The notes under the pieces were generated by a model that searched no databases, was not told the DNA's origin, and saw only the letters and a list, made by a program, of their open reading frames with translations. The position numbers were made by a program, and so were the translations under genes. 64,000 bases of DNA from a virus, in IMG/VR virus record IMGVR_UViG_3300030329_003696, positions 1 to 64,000 of that record. One strand, given 5' to 3'. Below, piece by piece: positions 56,264-64,000 of this stretch (positions within the stretch are counted from its first letter, which is position 1; each line of letters begins with the position of its first letter).

Positions 56264-56641
56264 TTAAAACCTAAAGTGGAAGAACAGCCCACTGAATGGG
56301 GCGGGATAAACCGGCACGGGCTGTGGTTGAATAATGACGGGAGGTCCGTAATAGTGATGATGAATCATTGGCGGATATACCCTGTACTGATATGGATAAA
56401 CGTATGGCCTACCGATTATTATGCTTCCATGTCTATAGTTATGACTGGGTCTAACTTGGGGCTGCTGAGGCCTCTGCCAATCTTGTTTTCCAAAACCAGA
56501 AGGTCTTTGCGGTTGTGGCCTTGTAAAATCCCTAGGGACGCTCTTTACAGTCGGCGGTTTAATAACTTTACGCTCAGGCTGTTGTGCTTCAGCAGACAAC
56601 GGTATAAAAAACAAACATAACAGTGATGCTAAATATTTCAT
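56264..56641 (-). CDS. Secreted Pro/Tyr/His-rich low-complexity protein
   Basis: Sec signal MKYLASLLCLFFIPLSAEA, then PQ/YP-rich region ending GLFFHFRF; TAATG-coupled start. Confidence 0.65.
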   Translation of the reverse strand: MKYLASLLCLFFIPLSAEAQQPERKVIKPPTVKSVPRDFTRPQPQRPSGFGKQDWQRPQQPQVRPSHNYRHGSIIIGRPYVYPYQYRVYPPMIHHHYYGPPVIIQPQPVPVYPAPFSGLFFHFRF

Positions 56642-56835
56642 TATGCAGCCTCGCAATCTGGGCATTCACAACCGTCTTGACACACACATTCTTGAGTTGG
56701 GCATGGGCATTCGTTTTCGCAGATATCACAAATCACGGGGTTCTCCTTTGTGAACATATTTTTAATTTCATCTTTGTTAATTAAGCAGATTGCGGCAACA
56801 ATAATAACCGCTAAAAAAGGTATTTTAAACTTCAT
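56641..56835 (-). CDS. Small membrane-anchored Cys-rich (metallothionein-like) protein
   Basis: Hydrophobic N-terminus; 9 Cys in 26 C-terminal residues (CDICENECPCPTQECVCQDGCECPDC); AAGGA RBS. Confidence 0.65.
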   Translation of the reverse strand: MKFKIPFLAVIIVAAICLINKDEIKNMFTKENPVICDICENECPCPTQECVCQDGCECPDCEAA

Positions 56836-56845
56836 GGTATTTTCC

Positions 56846-58108
56846 TTAAATGAGAATGTCTGTTAGTATTTTGCCACCGTCTACAATTTCTATTGGGCGG
56901 TCACCGGGAGCCATAAGCTCTTTATCAGCGACAATACCAAGTCTGTTGTAAATAGTAGCTGCCCAGTCTTCTATATTAACTGGGTTTTGATCTGGTTCGC
57001 TCGCCGTAGCGTTGGAGGTTCCGTATGTCATCCCCCCTTTGATTCCACCGCCAGCCAAAACTGTACTGAATACTTTTGGCCAATGGTCTCTTCCTGCACG
57101 ATTGTTAATCTTTGGAGTTCTTCCAAATTCAGAAACCACACAAACCAAAGTAGAATCTAATAATCCACGTTGATCTAAATCTTCAATAAGGGTTGCAAAC
57201 CCTTGATCAAAAGCTGGTAGCTGACTTTTCATTCCGTTCGCTATGTTGTCATGCATATCCCATCCGCCATAGGTTAAAGTGACGAAGCGTGTACCAAATT
57301 CCACCAATCGTCGAGCGAGTAACATTCTAGCACCAGCGGTGTTTCTACCGTATTTGTCTCTGGTTGCCGCTGACTCCTTCTCAAGATCAAACGCATCTTT
57401 TGCGTTCTGGTCTCCTATTAGGCTATAGGCACGGTCATAAAAAGAATTGACAGCCGAGACGGAGTCGGCGTTTTGTTTTTTATTGAAGTCGGTATTTACT
57501 ATGTCTAGCACACGCCGCCTTCTGGAAAATCTCTCGTCTGGAACTGGAACTTTTAAGTCTCTAACCTCGAAGCCCTCGCTTGCCGGATCAGACCCTAAAC
57601 CAAACCCAGAATATGAGCTACTTAGATATCCAGTACCTGCATATTCATTGGGTTGGTTTGGTATGCAGACATATGGAGGAAGGTTTTTGCGTGGGCCAAA
57701 TTCATGTGCAACCACTGAACCCATAGATGGGTATTGAAGGGCTGGGCTAGGTCTATAGCCAGTAAACATATTGTGTGTCCCACGTTCATGAGCAGCCTCC
57801 CCGTGTGTAATACTGCGGATAATTGCAATCTTGTCTGCTACCTTGGCTGTTTTGCCCAATAGTTCTCCAAGGCGTATGCCCGCAACGTTGGTACTAATAC
57901 TACCAAGTGGTCCTCGGTATTCTAACGGGGCGAATGGCTTAGGATCAAATGTCTCCTGATGAGCCATTCCACCCGGAAGATAAATGAAAATAATACTTTT
58001 AGCTGGCCCTTCTTTACTATCGTAGTGTTTTTGATCTGCTCTAGCGAGAGACGCACCTAAAGTACCTAAAACGCCAGCCTTTAAAAAATATCTTCTTTTC
58101 ATCATCAT
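56846..58108 (-). CDS. DUF1501 family protein (Tat-exported), copy 2
   Basis: KRRYFL signal, YLPGGMAHQETFDPK, GGWDMH, SEFGRTP, GRDHW. Confidence 0.9.
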   Translation of the reverse strand: MMMKRRYFLKAGVLGTLGASLARADQKHYDSKEGPAKSIIFIYLPGGMAHQETFDPKPFAPLEYRGPLGSISTNVAGIRLGELLGKTAKVADKIAIIRSITHGEAAHERGTHNMFTGYRPSPALQYPSMGSVVAHEFGPRKNLPPYVCIPNQPNEYAGTGYLSSSYSGFGLGSDPASEGFEVRDLKVPVPDERFSRRRRVLDIVNTDFNKKQNADSVSAVNSFYDRAYSLIGDQNAKDAFDLEKESAATRDKYGRNTAGARMLLARRLVEFGTRFVTLTYGGWDMHDNIANGMKSQLPAFDQGFATLIEDLDQRGLLDSTLVCVVSEFGRTPKINNRAGRDHWPKVFSTVLAGGGIKGGMTYGTSNATASEPDQNPVNIEDWAATIYNRLGIVADKELMAPGDRPIEIVDGGKILTDILI

Positions 58109-58115
58109 TTCCTTG

Positions 58116-58256
58116 TTAGAATAAAAACCTTGACCACCAACCTTGGGATGCTCCCAAGAAGTACACTCCTACTAGAGCACCACCGATGAGGGCGGCACGT
58201 CTAATCAATCGGTGCTTTCTAATAAAGCTAGCGATAGGACCGTTAAACAGGGGCAT
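58116..58256 (-). CDS. Small (46 aa) membrane protein, not in ORF track
   Basis: GGAGG RBS, then MPLFNGPIASFIRKHRLIRRAALIGGALVGVYFLGASQGWWSRFLF*; fills the gap between two DUF1501 genes. Confidence 0.7.
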   Translation of the reverse strand: MPLFNGPIASFIRKHRLIRRAALIGGALVGVYFLGASQGWWSRFLF

Positions 58257-58272
58257 AGTTACCTCCATTAGG

Positions 58273-59532
58273 TTAAAGAATTACTTTTGCTTCACCCTCC
58301 AACAAATATCTGGGACGACCAGACATGTCAGTACGTTGAATCGCTCCATCAATTCCAAAATGGTCAAACAGCGTTGCTTGTAGATCGAGTGGTCCCACTG
58401 GGTTTTCTATGGGGCTATACGACCTGTCTGCTTCACCAATCGTTCTTCCTGATTGATAATTACCACCAGCCATCATCATTGGTGTAATTGCAGGCCAATG
58501 GTCTCTACCAGAGTTAGCATTGATTTTGGTTCTACCAAACTCTCCGGTAACTACCAGTAAAACTTTCTCATTTAAGCCTCTATCCCAAACATCTTGTAAA
58601 AATCCTGCAATCGCTTTGTCGATGGGGGGAACTCTTCCCTTCAATGACTTAGAAATATTACTATGCATGTCCCATCCACCATAGTGCAGGGTGATGAACT
58701 TGGTTCCATACTCAACTAATCTTCTTGCTAATATCATTTGTTCACCAATGTCGTTGGCCTTTTCAGAACCGTACAGAGCTTTTGTCGTTTCTGATTCTTG
58801 ATCTGTAGCAAACGCATCTTTAGCAGAACCAAGAATCACGTCATAGGCTTGCCCCTTATAGAAACCAACTGAATCAGCACTCTTCCCCTGAATACTTTTT
58901 GATGCTGAACCAAGTGCTCCCAATAGATCCTTTCTAGTGTTGAATCTGTTAATCTCAATCCGTGGTTTAAGATTATCCTTATTGGATGGGTCAAATGGTT
59001 TGTATGCACCACCAAGCCAAGCTCCCTCATCCCCCTCGATTTTGCCTTGCTTCACATAAGAAGGCACTCCATTTCGAGGGTGGTTGGTTCCATACACTGA
59101 AGATATCAGCGAACCAAAAGAGGGGTATTTAGCAGTGGAGGTGGTTGTTCTTTCTGGATTATAATGCCCAGTCATCATAAAGTGGGTACCCTGTCTATGT
59201 GAGGAATCTTTATGACTAAACGAATTAACCACGTTTAACTTAGCTGTGTGTTTAGAAAGCTCGTACCAGTCCTGACCTAAAGTAATGTTAGTACTGGAGT
59301 CATGCGTAGCACCGTTTACTGGTCGCCACTCTGTGGGTACCGTGTCCTTTGGTGCGTGAAAAGTTTCAAACTGCGTAGGACCGCCACCAAGCCACACCCA
59401 GACAACAGCTTTGTCATTCAGGCTCTGTGCATTAGCGGCAAAGACTTCATCAGAGAAGCCTGCCATTGTCATCCCCGCTCCTATAGATCCAACCCTAAGA
59501 AAATCCCTTCGATTAAAGATAAAATCGAGCAT
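58273..59532 (-). CDS. DUF1501 family protein (Tat-exported), copy 3
   Basis: NRRDFL signal, WLGGGPTQFETF, GGWDMH, GEFGRT, GRDHW. Confidence 0.9.
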   Translation of the reverse strand: MLDFIFNRRDFLRVGSIGAGMTMAGFSDEVFAANAQSLNDKAVVWVWLGGGPTQFETFHAPKDTVPTEWRPVNGATHDSSTNITLGQDWYELSKHTAKLNVVNSFSHKDSSHRQGTHFMMTGHYNPERTTTSTAKYPSFGSLISSVYGTNHPRNGVPSYVKQGKIEGDEGAWLGGAYKPFDPSNKDNLKPRIEINRFNTRKDLLGALGSASKSIQGKSADSVGFYKGQAYDVILGSAKDAFATDQESETTKALYGSEKANDIGEQMILARRLVEYGTKFITLHYGGWDMHSNISKSLKGRVPPIDKAIAGFLQDVWDRGLNEKVLLVVTGEFGRTKINANSGRDHWPAITPMMMAGGNYQSGRTIGEADRSYSPIENPVGPLDLQATLFDHFGIDGAIQRTDMSGRPRYLLEGEAKVIL

Positions 59533-59552
59533 TTTAGTCTCCCTTTTTCTAA

Positions 59553-60590
59553 CTACCCCGGAGCTTCATAGAAGCCTATGTTAAAGCCCGGACGAGTACA
59601 TTCGTTTACTGTTTTTTCCATACCATGTTTTTTAAGGTGCTTCTCTATATATATACACATTTTTTCGTCTGTACCCTCCCAATTGTTTTTGCAAAAATGA
59701 CAAAGGTATTTGCATTTCCAGTGACTTCTCGTAGGATCTAGGGGTTTAGGGTTAACATTATGTCTTATTTCTTCTACTCTATTCTTTAGCATCTCTAAAA
59801 ATCTAGCTTCGTCGCTTTTATCAAACATTAAAGAAAACGGTTTTGGATCTGGTTCTCCTTCTGCGTCCTTGTAGAAAAAAATACTCATAATTCTATTTGG
59901 ATACTCTGGATAGAGCTTAGATATGGCGTAGAAATAGAGGAGAAGCTGGGCGTCATTCTCAAGTTTTTTATAGTCCTTAACCTCACCCGTGGCCCAGTCC
60001 ATACGACGACCTGATTTCCAGTCAATAACCTCTATCGTATCCTCATTGAGTAGTGTTACGAGGTCGATTGTTCCCTTGATTGCTAACTGCCCCTGAACCT
60101 TCTCTCCATCTATTTCGTATTCAAACTTTGCCCAATCTTCTTCAATCGGGATGTCAAAATGAGGCTCAGGGTGGTGGATATTTCTTTTTCTGGGGTCAAA
60201 CATTCCGTCACTATGCGTAAGGAATGTCCATACCGTTTGAGCCACCTCTTTTCTTTCCTTTGGATAGAATTTATGTTTAGAGTTTTTTGCGTAACAGTCT
60301 ATGGATATCTCTATAAGATCGTTCACAAAGTCGTCTGTATATAACTCGTCCTTCTTAATCCTGATTTTGCCAGCAGCATCATCTTCTACAACCAAATACT
60401 TTCTTCTAGGGTTGTCTTGTTGGAACTTCTTGAGTCCAGCTAGGATCTCCATAGCTTTATGGGCCATAGTCCCCATATCTGCCTTTTTACCGCTATCAGA
60501 TTGGTGCCCAAGAACATAGGTAATAAAGTACTGCATTTGGCAATACGCATAATTATTATAGCTGGAACTTCTCACATACGTGACTAACAT
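59553..60590 (-). CDS. Cas4/AddB-like PD-(D/E)XK exonuclease with probable Fe-S cluster
   Basis: SS...YC, GT.AH, KGTIDLV, IDWKSG, QL..Y, C-terminal CKYLCHFC. Confidence 0.82.
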   Translation of the reverse strand: MLVTYVRSSSYNNYAYCQMQYFITYVLGHQSDSGKKADMGTMAHKAMEILAGLKKFQQDNPRRKYLVVEDDAAGKIRIKKDELYTDDFVNDLIEISIDCYAKNSKHKFYPKERKEVAQTVWTFLTHSDGMFDPRKRNIHHPEPHFDIPIEEDWAKFEYEIDGEKVQGQLAIKGTIDLVTLLNEDTIEVIDWKSGRRMDWATGEVKDYKKLENDAQLLLYFYAISKLYPEYPNRIMSIFFYKDAEGEPDPKPFSLMFDKSDEARFLEMLKNRVEEIRHNVNPKPLDPTRSHWKCKYLCHFCKNNWEGTDEKMCIYIEKHLKKHGMEKTVNECTRPGFNIGFYEAPG

Positions 60591-60592
60591 AC

Positions 60593-61321
60593 TTACTCCT
60601 TAAGGGATTGGTAGAAATGTTTAACCTTCACCATTAAGGAATCAATGCTATTATCTTGGTTATCTATATAGTCTGTGAAGGGATAATCGTCTAAAGCTAC
60701 TTCGCTAGAGTGATTATCTTCAATTGTTTGTCTTGTTAAGCGAATTAGAGTGCCGCCAGCTTTTTCGATAGCCTTGGCTTCGTTGGGAAATCTCACGTCA
60801 GCAATAATCGCTAATTCTGATTGTTCTTGCTGTATTTTCTTGATGCAAGAACTGACCCAAATCGGTTCGTACATTTTACGCATAACGTCTGTACCAAAAA
60901 ACTGCATAAATTCACGAGCCGTCATCGGCCCTCTTTTGTTCGGATTGTTTAATATTTCCAAACAAGGCATATTTTCCCAGAGTAGATGCGACTGATGTTG
61001 ATTCTTTTGTTCGTCAGTTCCCCACACACACTCATGCGGAATGTTAAACAGTTTTACACATATCCACTTGAGATAATCTGCGAAGCTATATAGTTTTACG
61101 AAGGGCCACATGTTCCCCTCTGCGTATTGTGAAAAGGCTTCATCATTTCTAGTAATGTCAAACTCTCCCCAAGACCCCTCGGTGAGAATGAGAAGCTCAC
61201 CCTTCTTGCCAATCTTCCACCCCTCGACATTATTTAACCGTTCAAGCACAATACCATGTAAAATATTTGCTGTGGTGTTTTTACCCGCCTGCTTTCTTCC
61301 TGATATGCCTAGTATTCTCAT
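60593..61321 (-). CDS. Deoxynucleoside monophosphate kinase
   Basis: GISGRKQAGKNT P-loop, SFADYLK, REFMQFFGTD, IADVRFPNE, HSSE. Confidence 0.85.
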   Translation of the reverse strand: MRILGISGRKQAGKNTTANILHGIVLERLNNVEGWKIGKKGELLILTEGSWGEFDITRNDEAFSQYAEGNMWPFVKLYSFADYLKWICVKLFNIPHECVWGTDEQKNQHQSHLLWENMPCLEILNNPNKRGPMTAREFMQFFGTDVMRKMYEPIWVSSCIKKIQQEQSELAIIADVRFPNEAKAIEKAGGTLIRLTRQTIEDNHSSEVALDDYPFTDYIDNQDNSIDSLMVKVKHFYQSLKE

Positions 61322-62355
61322 TAATAAAGTCCTCGTAGATTTATTAGTATTTCATTCTTTATCTTGTTGACACTCGTGTCACCCAAGTCTTTACCGTATG
61401 TCGCTGGAAAGACTAGACTAAAGAGCCTTCCCAGTTCCCTATTTATTTTTATTTTCGACTCTCTGCCAGCCTGATCGTTGTCTGTTAATACAACCAAGGT
61501 CGTTACACCACTTTTTAGTAGTAACTCTTTTTGTCTAATAGAAACATCTTTACCAAATAGCCCAACAACATTGTTTACTCCAGCCTCGTAGAGTCTCCAT
61601 ACATCCCCCTGCCCCTCAACCAAAAAGAGGCAGTGTTTGTTTCTGGCTGTATCTATTGCATTATCATAATTATAAAGATAGTCTGTTTTTTTTATACCTT
61701 CTGAAAATAGATACTTCGGTTGAAGCCAGTCTTTTGTAGACCTAGCTATGTATCCAATCTTTTTACCGTTGTTCTTTATTGGAATAATTGATCTATGTCT
61801 CATGGCACAGCTATTGTCTTGACAATCTTCTACACCAAAATACCTCAGTGTTTTGCTCTTGAAGTTTCTACTTTCAAAATACGGAGAACTACCAATAGTA
61901 TGTACGTCTAGACAAGATGCGGTTGGTTTAGTAACCGGATCTGATTTCTTAAAAGTTCTCACTAGGTCTGAAAAAAAGTCTTCAGTGCGTTCACCCTTTT
62001 CTTTGTACTCTGTTTTAGCATTGCTTACATTGTATATATTACATATCAACCTTAAAGCGTCTGAAAACTGGTGCGGCTCATCTCTGGAATAAAGTACACC
62101 TCTAACAAAAGCGAAAATGTCCGTCCCAAATTCTTCATGACACCCACGAGTCCAGCATCTCCACACTTGCTTATCCAGCGATATGGACAATGCGTTTGGG
62201 TTATCACTTCCCTCGTGAATGGGACAGCTCATAAATATATTATCCGAATCTTGGGCATATTCCAAATCAAAATGCCCAAGAAGTAAATCTATATCGTTAA
62301 AAACGATGGTTTTCACTTTGTTAAGATCAAGCGTTTGGGTTTTTTGAAAACTCAT
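61321..62355 (-). CDS. dnaG: DNA primase (CHC2 zinc finger + TOPRIM)
   Basis: CPIH..CWTRGC, PKY, LVEGQGDV, TDNDQAG, KD. Confidence 0.88.
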   Translation of the reverse strand: MSFQKTQTLDLNKVKTIVFNDIDLLLGHFDLEYAQDSDNIFMSCPIHEGSDNPNALSISLDKQVWRCWTRGCHEEFGTDIFAFVRGVLYSRDEPHQFSDALRLICNIYNVSNAKTEYKEKGERTEDFFSDLVRTFKKSDPVTKPTASCLDVHTIGSSPYFESRNFKSKTLRYFGVEDCQDNSCAMRHRSIIPIKNNGKKIGYIARSTKDWLQPKYLFSEGIKKTDYLYNYDNAIDTARNKHCLFLVEGQGDVWRLYEAGVNNVVGLFGKDVSIRQKELLLKSGVTTLVVLTDNDQAGRESKIKINRELGRLFSLVFPATYGKDLGDTSVNKIKNEILINLRGLY

Positions 62356-62494
62356 ACCATAAAAATCCTGTGTTAGCCGCTGCGTACGAGAACCATATCA
62401 ATGCGTGTGGAAAATCCTTTTGCCTTAAATTATCTATGCCACAAGCTAAATAACAAAGCGTTGAAATTGTTATTGCGTATGTTGCTAACATCAT
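62327..62494 (-). CDS. Small (55 aa) two-helix membrane protein, not in ORF track
   Basis: ATGA-coupled to the guaC stop with GGAGG upstream; MMLATYAITISTLCYLACGIDNLRQKDFPHALIWFSYAAANTGFLWYEFSKNPNA*. Confidence 0.65.
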   Translation of the reverse strand: MMLATYAITISTLCYLACGIDNLRQKDFPHALIWFSYAAANTGFLWYEFSKNPNA

Positions 62495-63567
62495 ACCTCC
62501 TCTACTGATAAATCGTTATGCGTTCTGTTAACTCTTACAAATCTTGCTGTTTTACTGAAATCCTTTAGTGACGTAGCACCGGTGTATGCACAGGCACTAC
62601 GAACGCCACCGAGTATGTCGTTAACAACCAACTCGGCTTTACCTTTGTATGGAATCTCCTTGACTCTACCCTCACTAGATCTGTAACTGAGTAGTCCATC
62701 TCCATGTTTTTCTTGTGCTTTTTTAGAGGACATGCCATAGAACACAAGTGACTTCTTCTCGTGCGTGTCTGCATATTTAATCCACTCGCCTTCACACTCT
62801 TCTGTGCCAGCTAGCATACCGCCAAGCATGACAAAGTCGGCTCCTGCTGCATAAGCTTTAGCTACATCTGCTGGATAGCGACATCCACCATCTGCACAAA
62901 TCAGTCCCAGCCTGCCAGTGTCAGAACGTAATCCATGAGCAACATGGGAGCATTCAGCAATAGCGGAAAGTTGTGGATAGCCGACCCCAGCTTTAAGCCT
63001 TGTTGTGCAAGCAGAGCCGGGACCAATACCGACTTTAACAATGTCAACTTCTCCGTGTAAAATTAGTTCCGATACCATCTCTGGGGTGGCTACGTTGCCA
63101 GCCATGATGATTGAATTGGGAAACTCTAGCCTGACTTTAGCACAATAGTCAATAAACTTTTCTGTGTATCCATTGGCTATGTCGATACAAATGTTGGGCT
63201 GAATTGATGTATTATCTTCAATTTTGAACAAACGTTCAAGTTCATGTTCAACGTCCATACCAATACTAACCCATACATTGCTCTCCACGTTATAGTACTT
63301 ATAGTACCCCTCTATAGCATCTGAACTGTAGTATTTATGTAAGCACGTTATTGCTTCATGATTGTTCAGGGATATACCCATATTAAAAGTGCCGGTAGTG
63401 TCCATATTTGCAGCCATGAGCGGTACACCATGCCACTCTTTATCGGACCAATAAAACTTAAAGTTCCGTTTTAAATTTACTTCCTTTCGACTCGCAGCAT
63501 ATGACCTTTGTGGTACGAGTAAGACATCATCGAAGTCTAATTTAATGTCATTATCAATTTTGAGCAT
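62491..63567 (-). CDS. guaC: GMP reductase
   Basis: LDFDDVLL.P, AANMD, IDIANGY, AGNV, KVGIGPGSACTTR, ADGG, FYGMSS, SEG; no CBS domains. Confidence 0.9.
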   Translation of the reverse strand: MLKIDNDIKLDFDDVLLVPQRSYAASRKEVNLKRNFKFYWSDKEWHGVPLMAANMDTTGTFNMGISLNNHEAITCLHKYYSSDAIEGYYKYYNVESNVWVSIGMDVEHELERLFKIEDNTSIQPNICIDIANGYTEKFIDYCAKVRLEFPNSIIMAGNVATPEMVSELILHGEVDIVKVGIGPGSACTTRLKAGVGYPQLSAIAECSHVAHGLRSDTGRLGLICADGGCRYPADVAKAYAAGADFVMLGGMLAGTEECEGEWIKYADTHEKKSLVFYGMSSKKAQEKHGDGLLSYRSSEGRVKEIPYKGKAELVVNDILGGVRSACAYTGATSLKDFSKTARFVRVNRTHNDLSVEEV

Positions 63568-64000
63568 CTTCTTCCTCTATATCAAATGGTAAATCTGAAC
63601 CCTCAATTATGCCTCCCTCTGGGGAAGAGCGAACCTCGTCTCTAGTTCTAAGCTCTAGGAGTTGAGAGTGAGACCCTATCATATTCATATTAATGTAATT
63701 CCCATCAAGAAGTCCAGCCCCATGCCTAGCTTTGAGGGTAACTAGCTTTCTATTACCCGAGCTTGGACCGTCCTCTGCTAGCTCCTCTGCCGACTTTAAT
63801 TTAAATATGGAGAATGACGTGCATAACCAGATGAGTCTGTCAGATCCACTCACAGCGTCTGTAGATTCCTTTGTTATCCCGTCCCTATTGAGTTGTACAA
63901 AGGAAAGGCAAGGGAAATCTAATTTTACCGCGAGATTATGAAGATTGGTGATCTGAAAACCCAACGCTTGATATTCCTGCATATTGTTATTGATTGAGCT
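63554..64000 (-). CDS. dnaB: DnaB-like replicative helicase, C-terminal part (5' truncated by window)
   Basis: QLNR, SGSD, K.RHG motifs; frame open to the window edge; upstream of primase. Confidence 0.8.
   Translation of the reverse strand, partial: SSINNNMQEYQALGFQITNLHNLAVKLDFPCLSFVQLNRDGITKESTDAVSGSDRLIWLCTSFSIFKLKSAEELAEDGPSSGNRKLVTLKARHGAGLLDGNYINMNMIGSHSQLLELRTRDEVRSSPEGGIIEGSDLPFDIEEEDAQN

Noticed and set aside
55988-56620. 210-aa plus-strand ORF and the other short antisense or nested ORFs in the track
   Set aside because: They shadow well-supported genes, mostly on the opposite strand, and show no recognisable motifs.
58142-58158. Small inverted repeat CTTGGGA-tgc-TCCCAAG as a terminator or ncRNA
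   Set aside because: Only 7 bp, lies inside the 46-aa ORF and has no adjacent U-tract.
59553-60590. CRISPR-Cas system suggested by the Cas4-like gene
   Set aside because: No repeat-spacer array or other cas genes seen; stand-alone Cas4-like nucleases are common in phage replication modules.
1-64000. Stop-codon reassignment as in some large phages
   Set aside because: Coding density is near complete under the standard code, and TAA, TAG and TGA all end genes at coupled junctions.
1-64000. tRNA, rRNA, IS elements or integrase
   Set aside because: None recognised; intergenic gaps are too short and no transposase or integrase motifs were seen.

Overview
This looks like a segment of a large tailed dsDNA phage genome (Caudoviricetes, jumbo-like; roughly 40% GC by eye, standard genetic code, genes tightly coupled by ATGA/TAATG overlaps). 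It has two convergent arms that meet at a bidirectional terminator near 27.4 kb. The + arm (1-27362) is a virion tail module: tape-measure C-terminus, a 4411-aa adhesin-like protein (LamG-like domain, SGxLNL repeats, seven widely spaced FG-GAP blades, two GldG/IFT52-like domains), and further large structural proteins. The - arm (27443-64000), in transcription order, carries: DnaB helicase (partial), GMP reductase, primase, dNMP kinase and a Cas4-like nuclease; an island of three Tat-exported DUF1501 paralogues interleaved with small membrane/secreted proteins and a PAP2 phosphatase; a ~24-gene glycan-synthesis locus (GT-A and GT-B glycosyltransferases, exostosin-like GT47, sulfotransferase, methyltransferases, GDP-fucose synthase, epimerase, nucleotidyltransferases); a Vsr-like endonuclease and a putative ssDNA-annealing protein. 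The glycan locus is interrupted by an intein-free split DnaE with a proofreading exonuclease and an HNH endonuclease between its halves. DUF1501 and a Pro/Tyr-rich secreted protein point to a Planctomycetota/PVC host (inference). Best candidates for undescribed systems: (1) the phage-borne DUF1501 export island; (2) a proteoglycan-like virion glycosylation system pairing Ser-Gly-rich structural proteins with a sulfated/methylated fucose-glycan pathway; (3) the intein-less split DnaE. All family calls come from reading motifs by eye; no database search was run.
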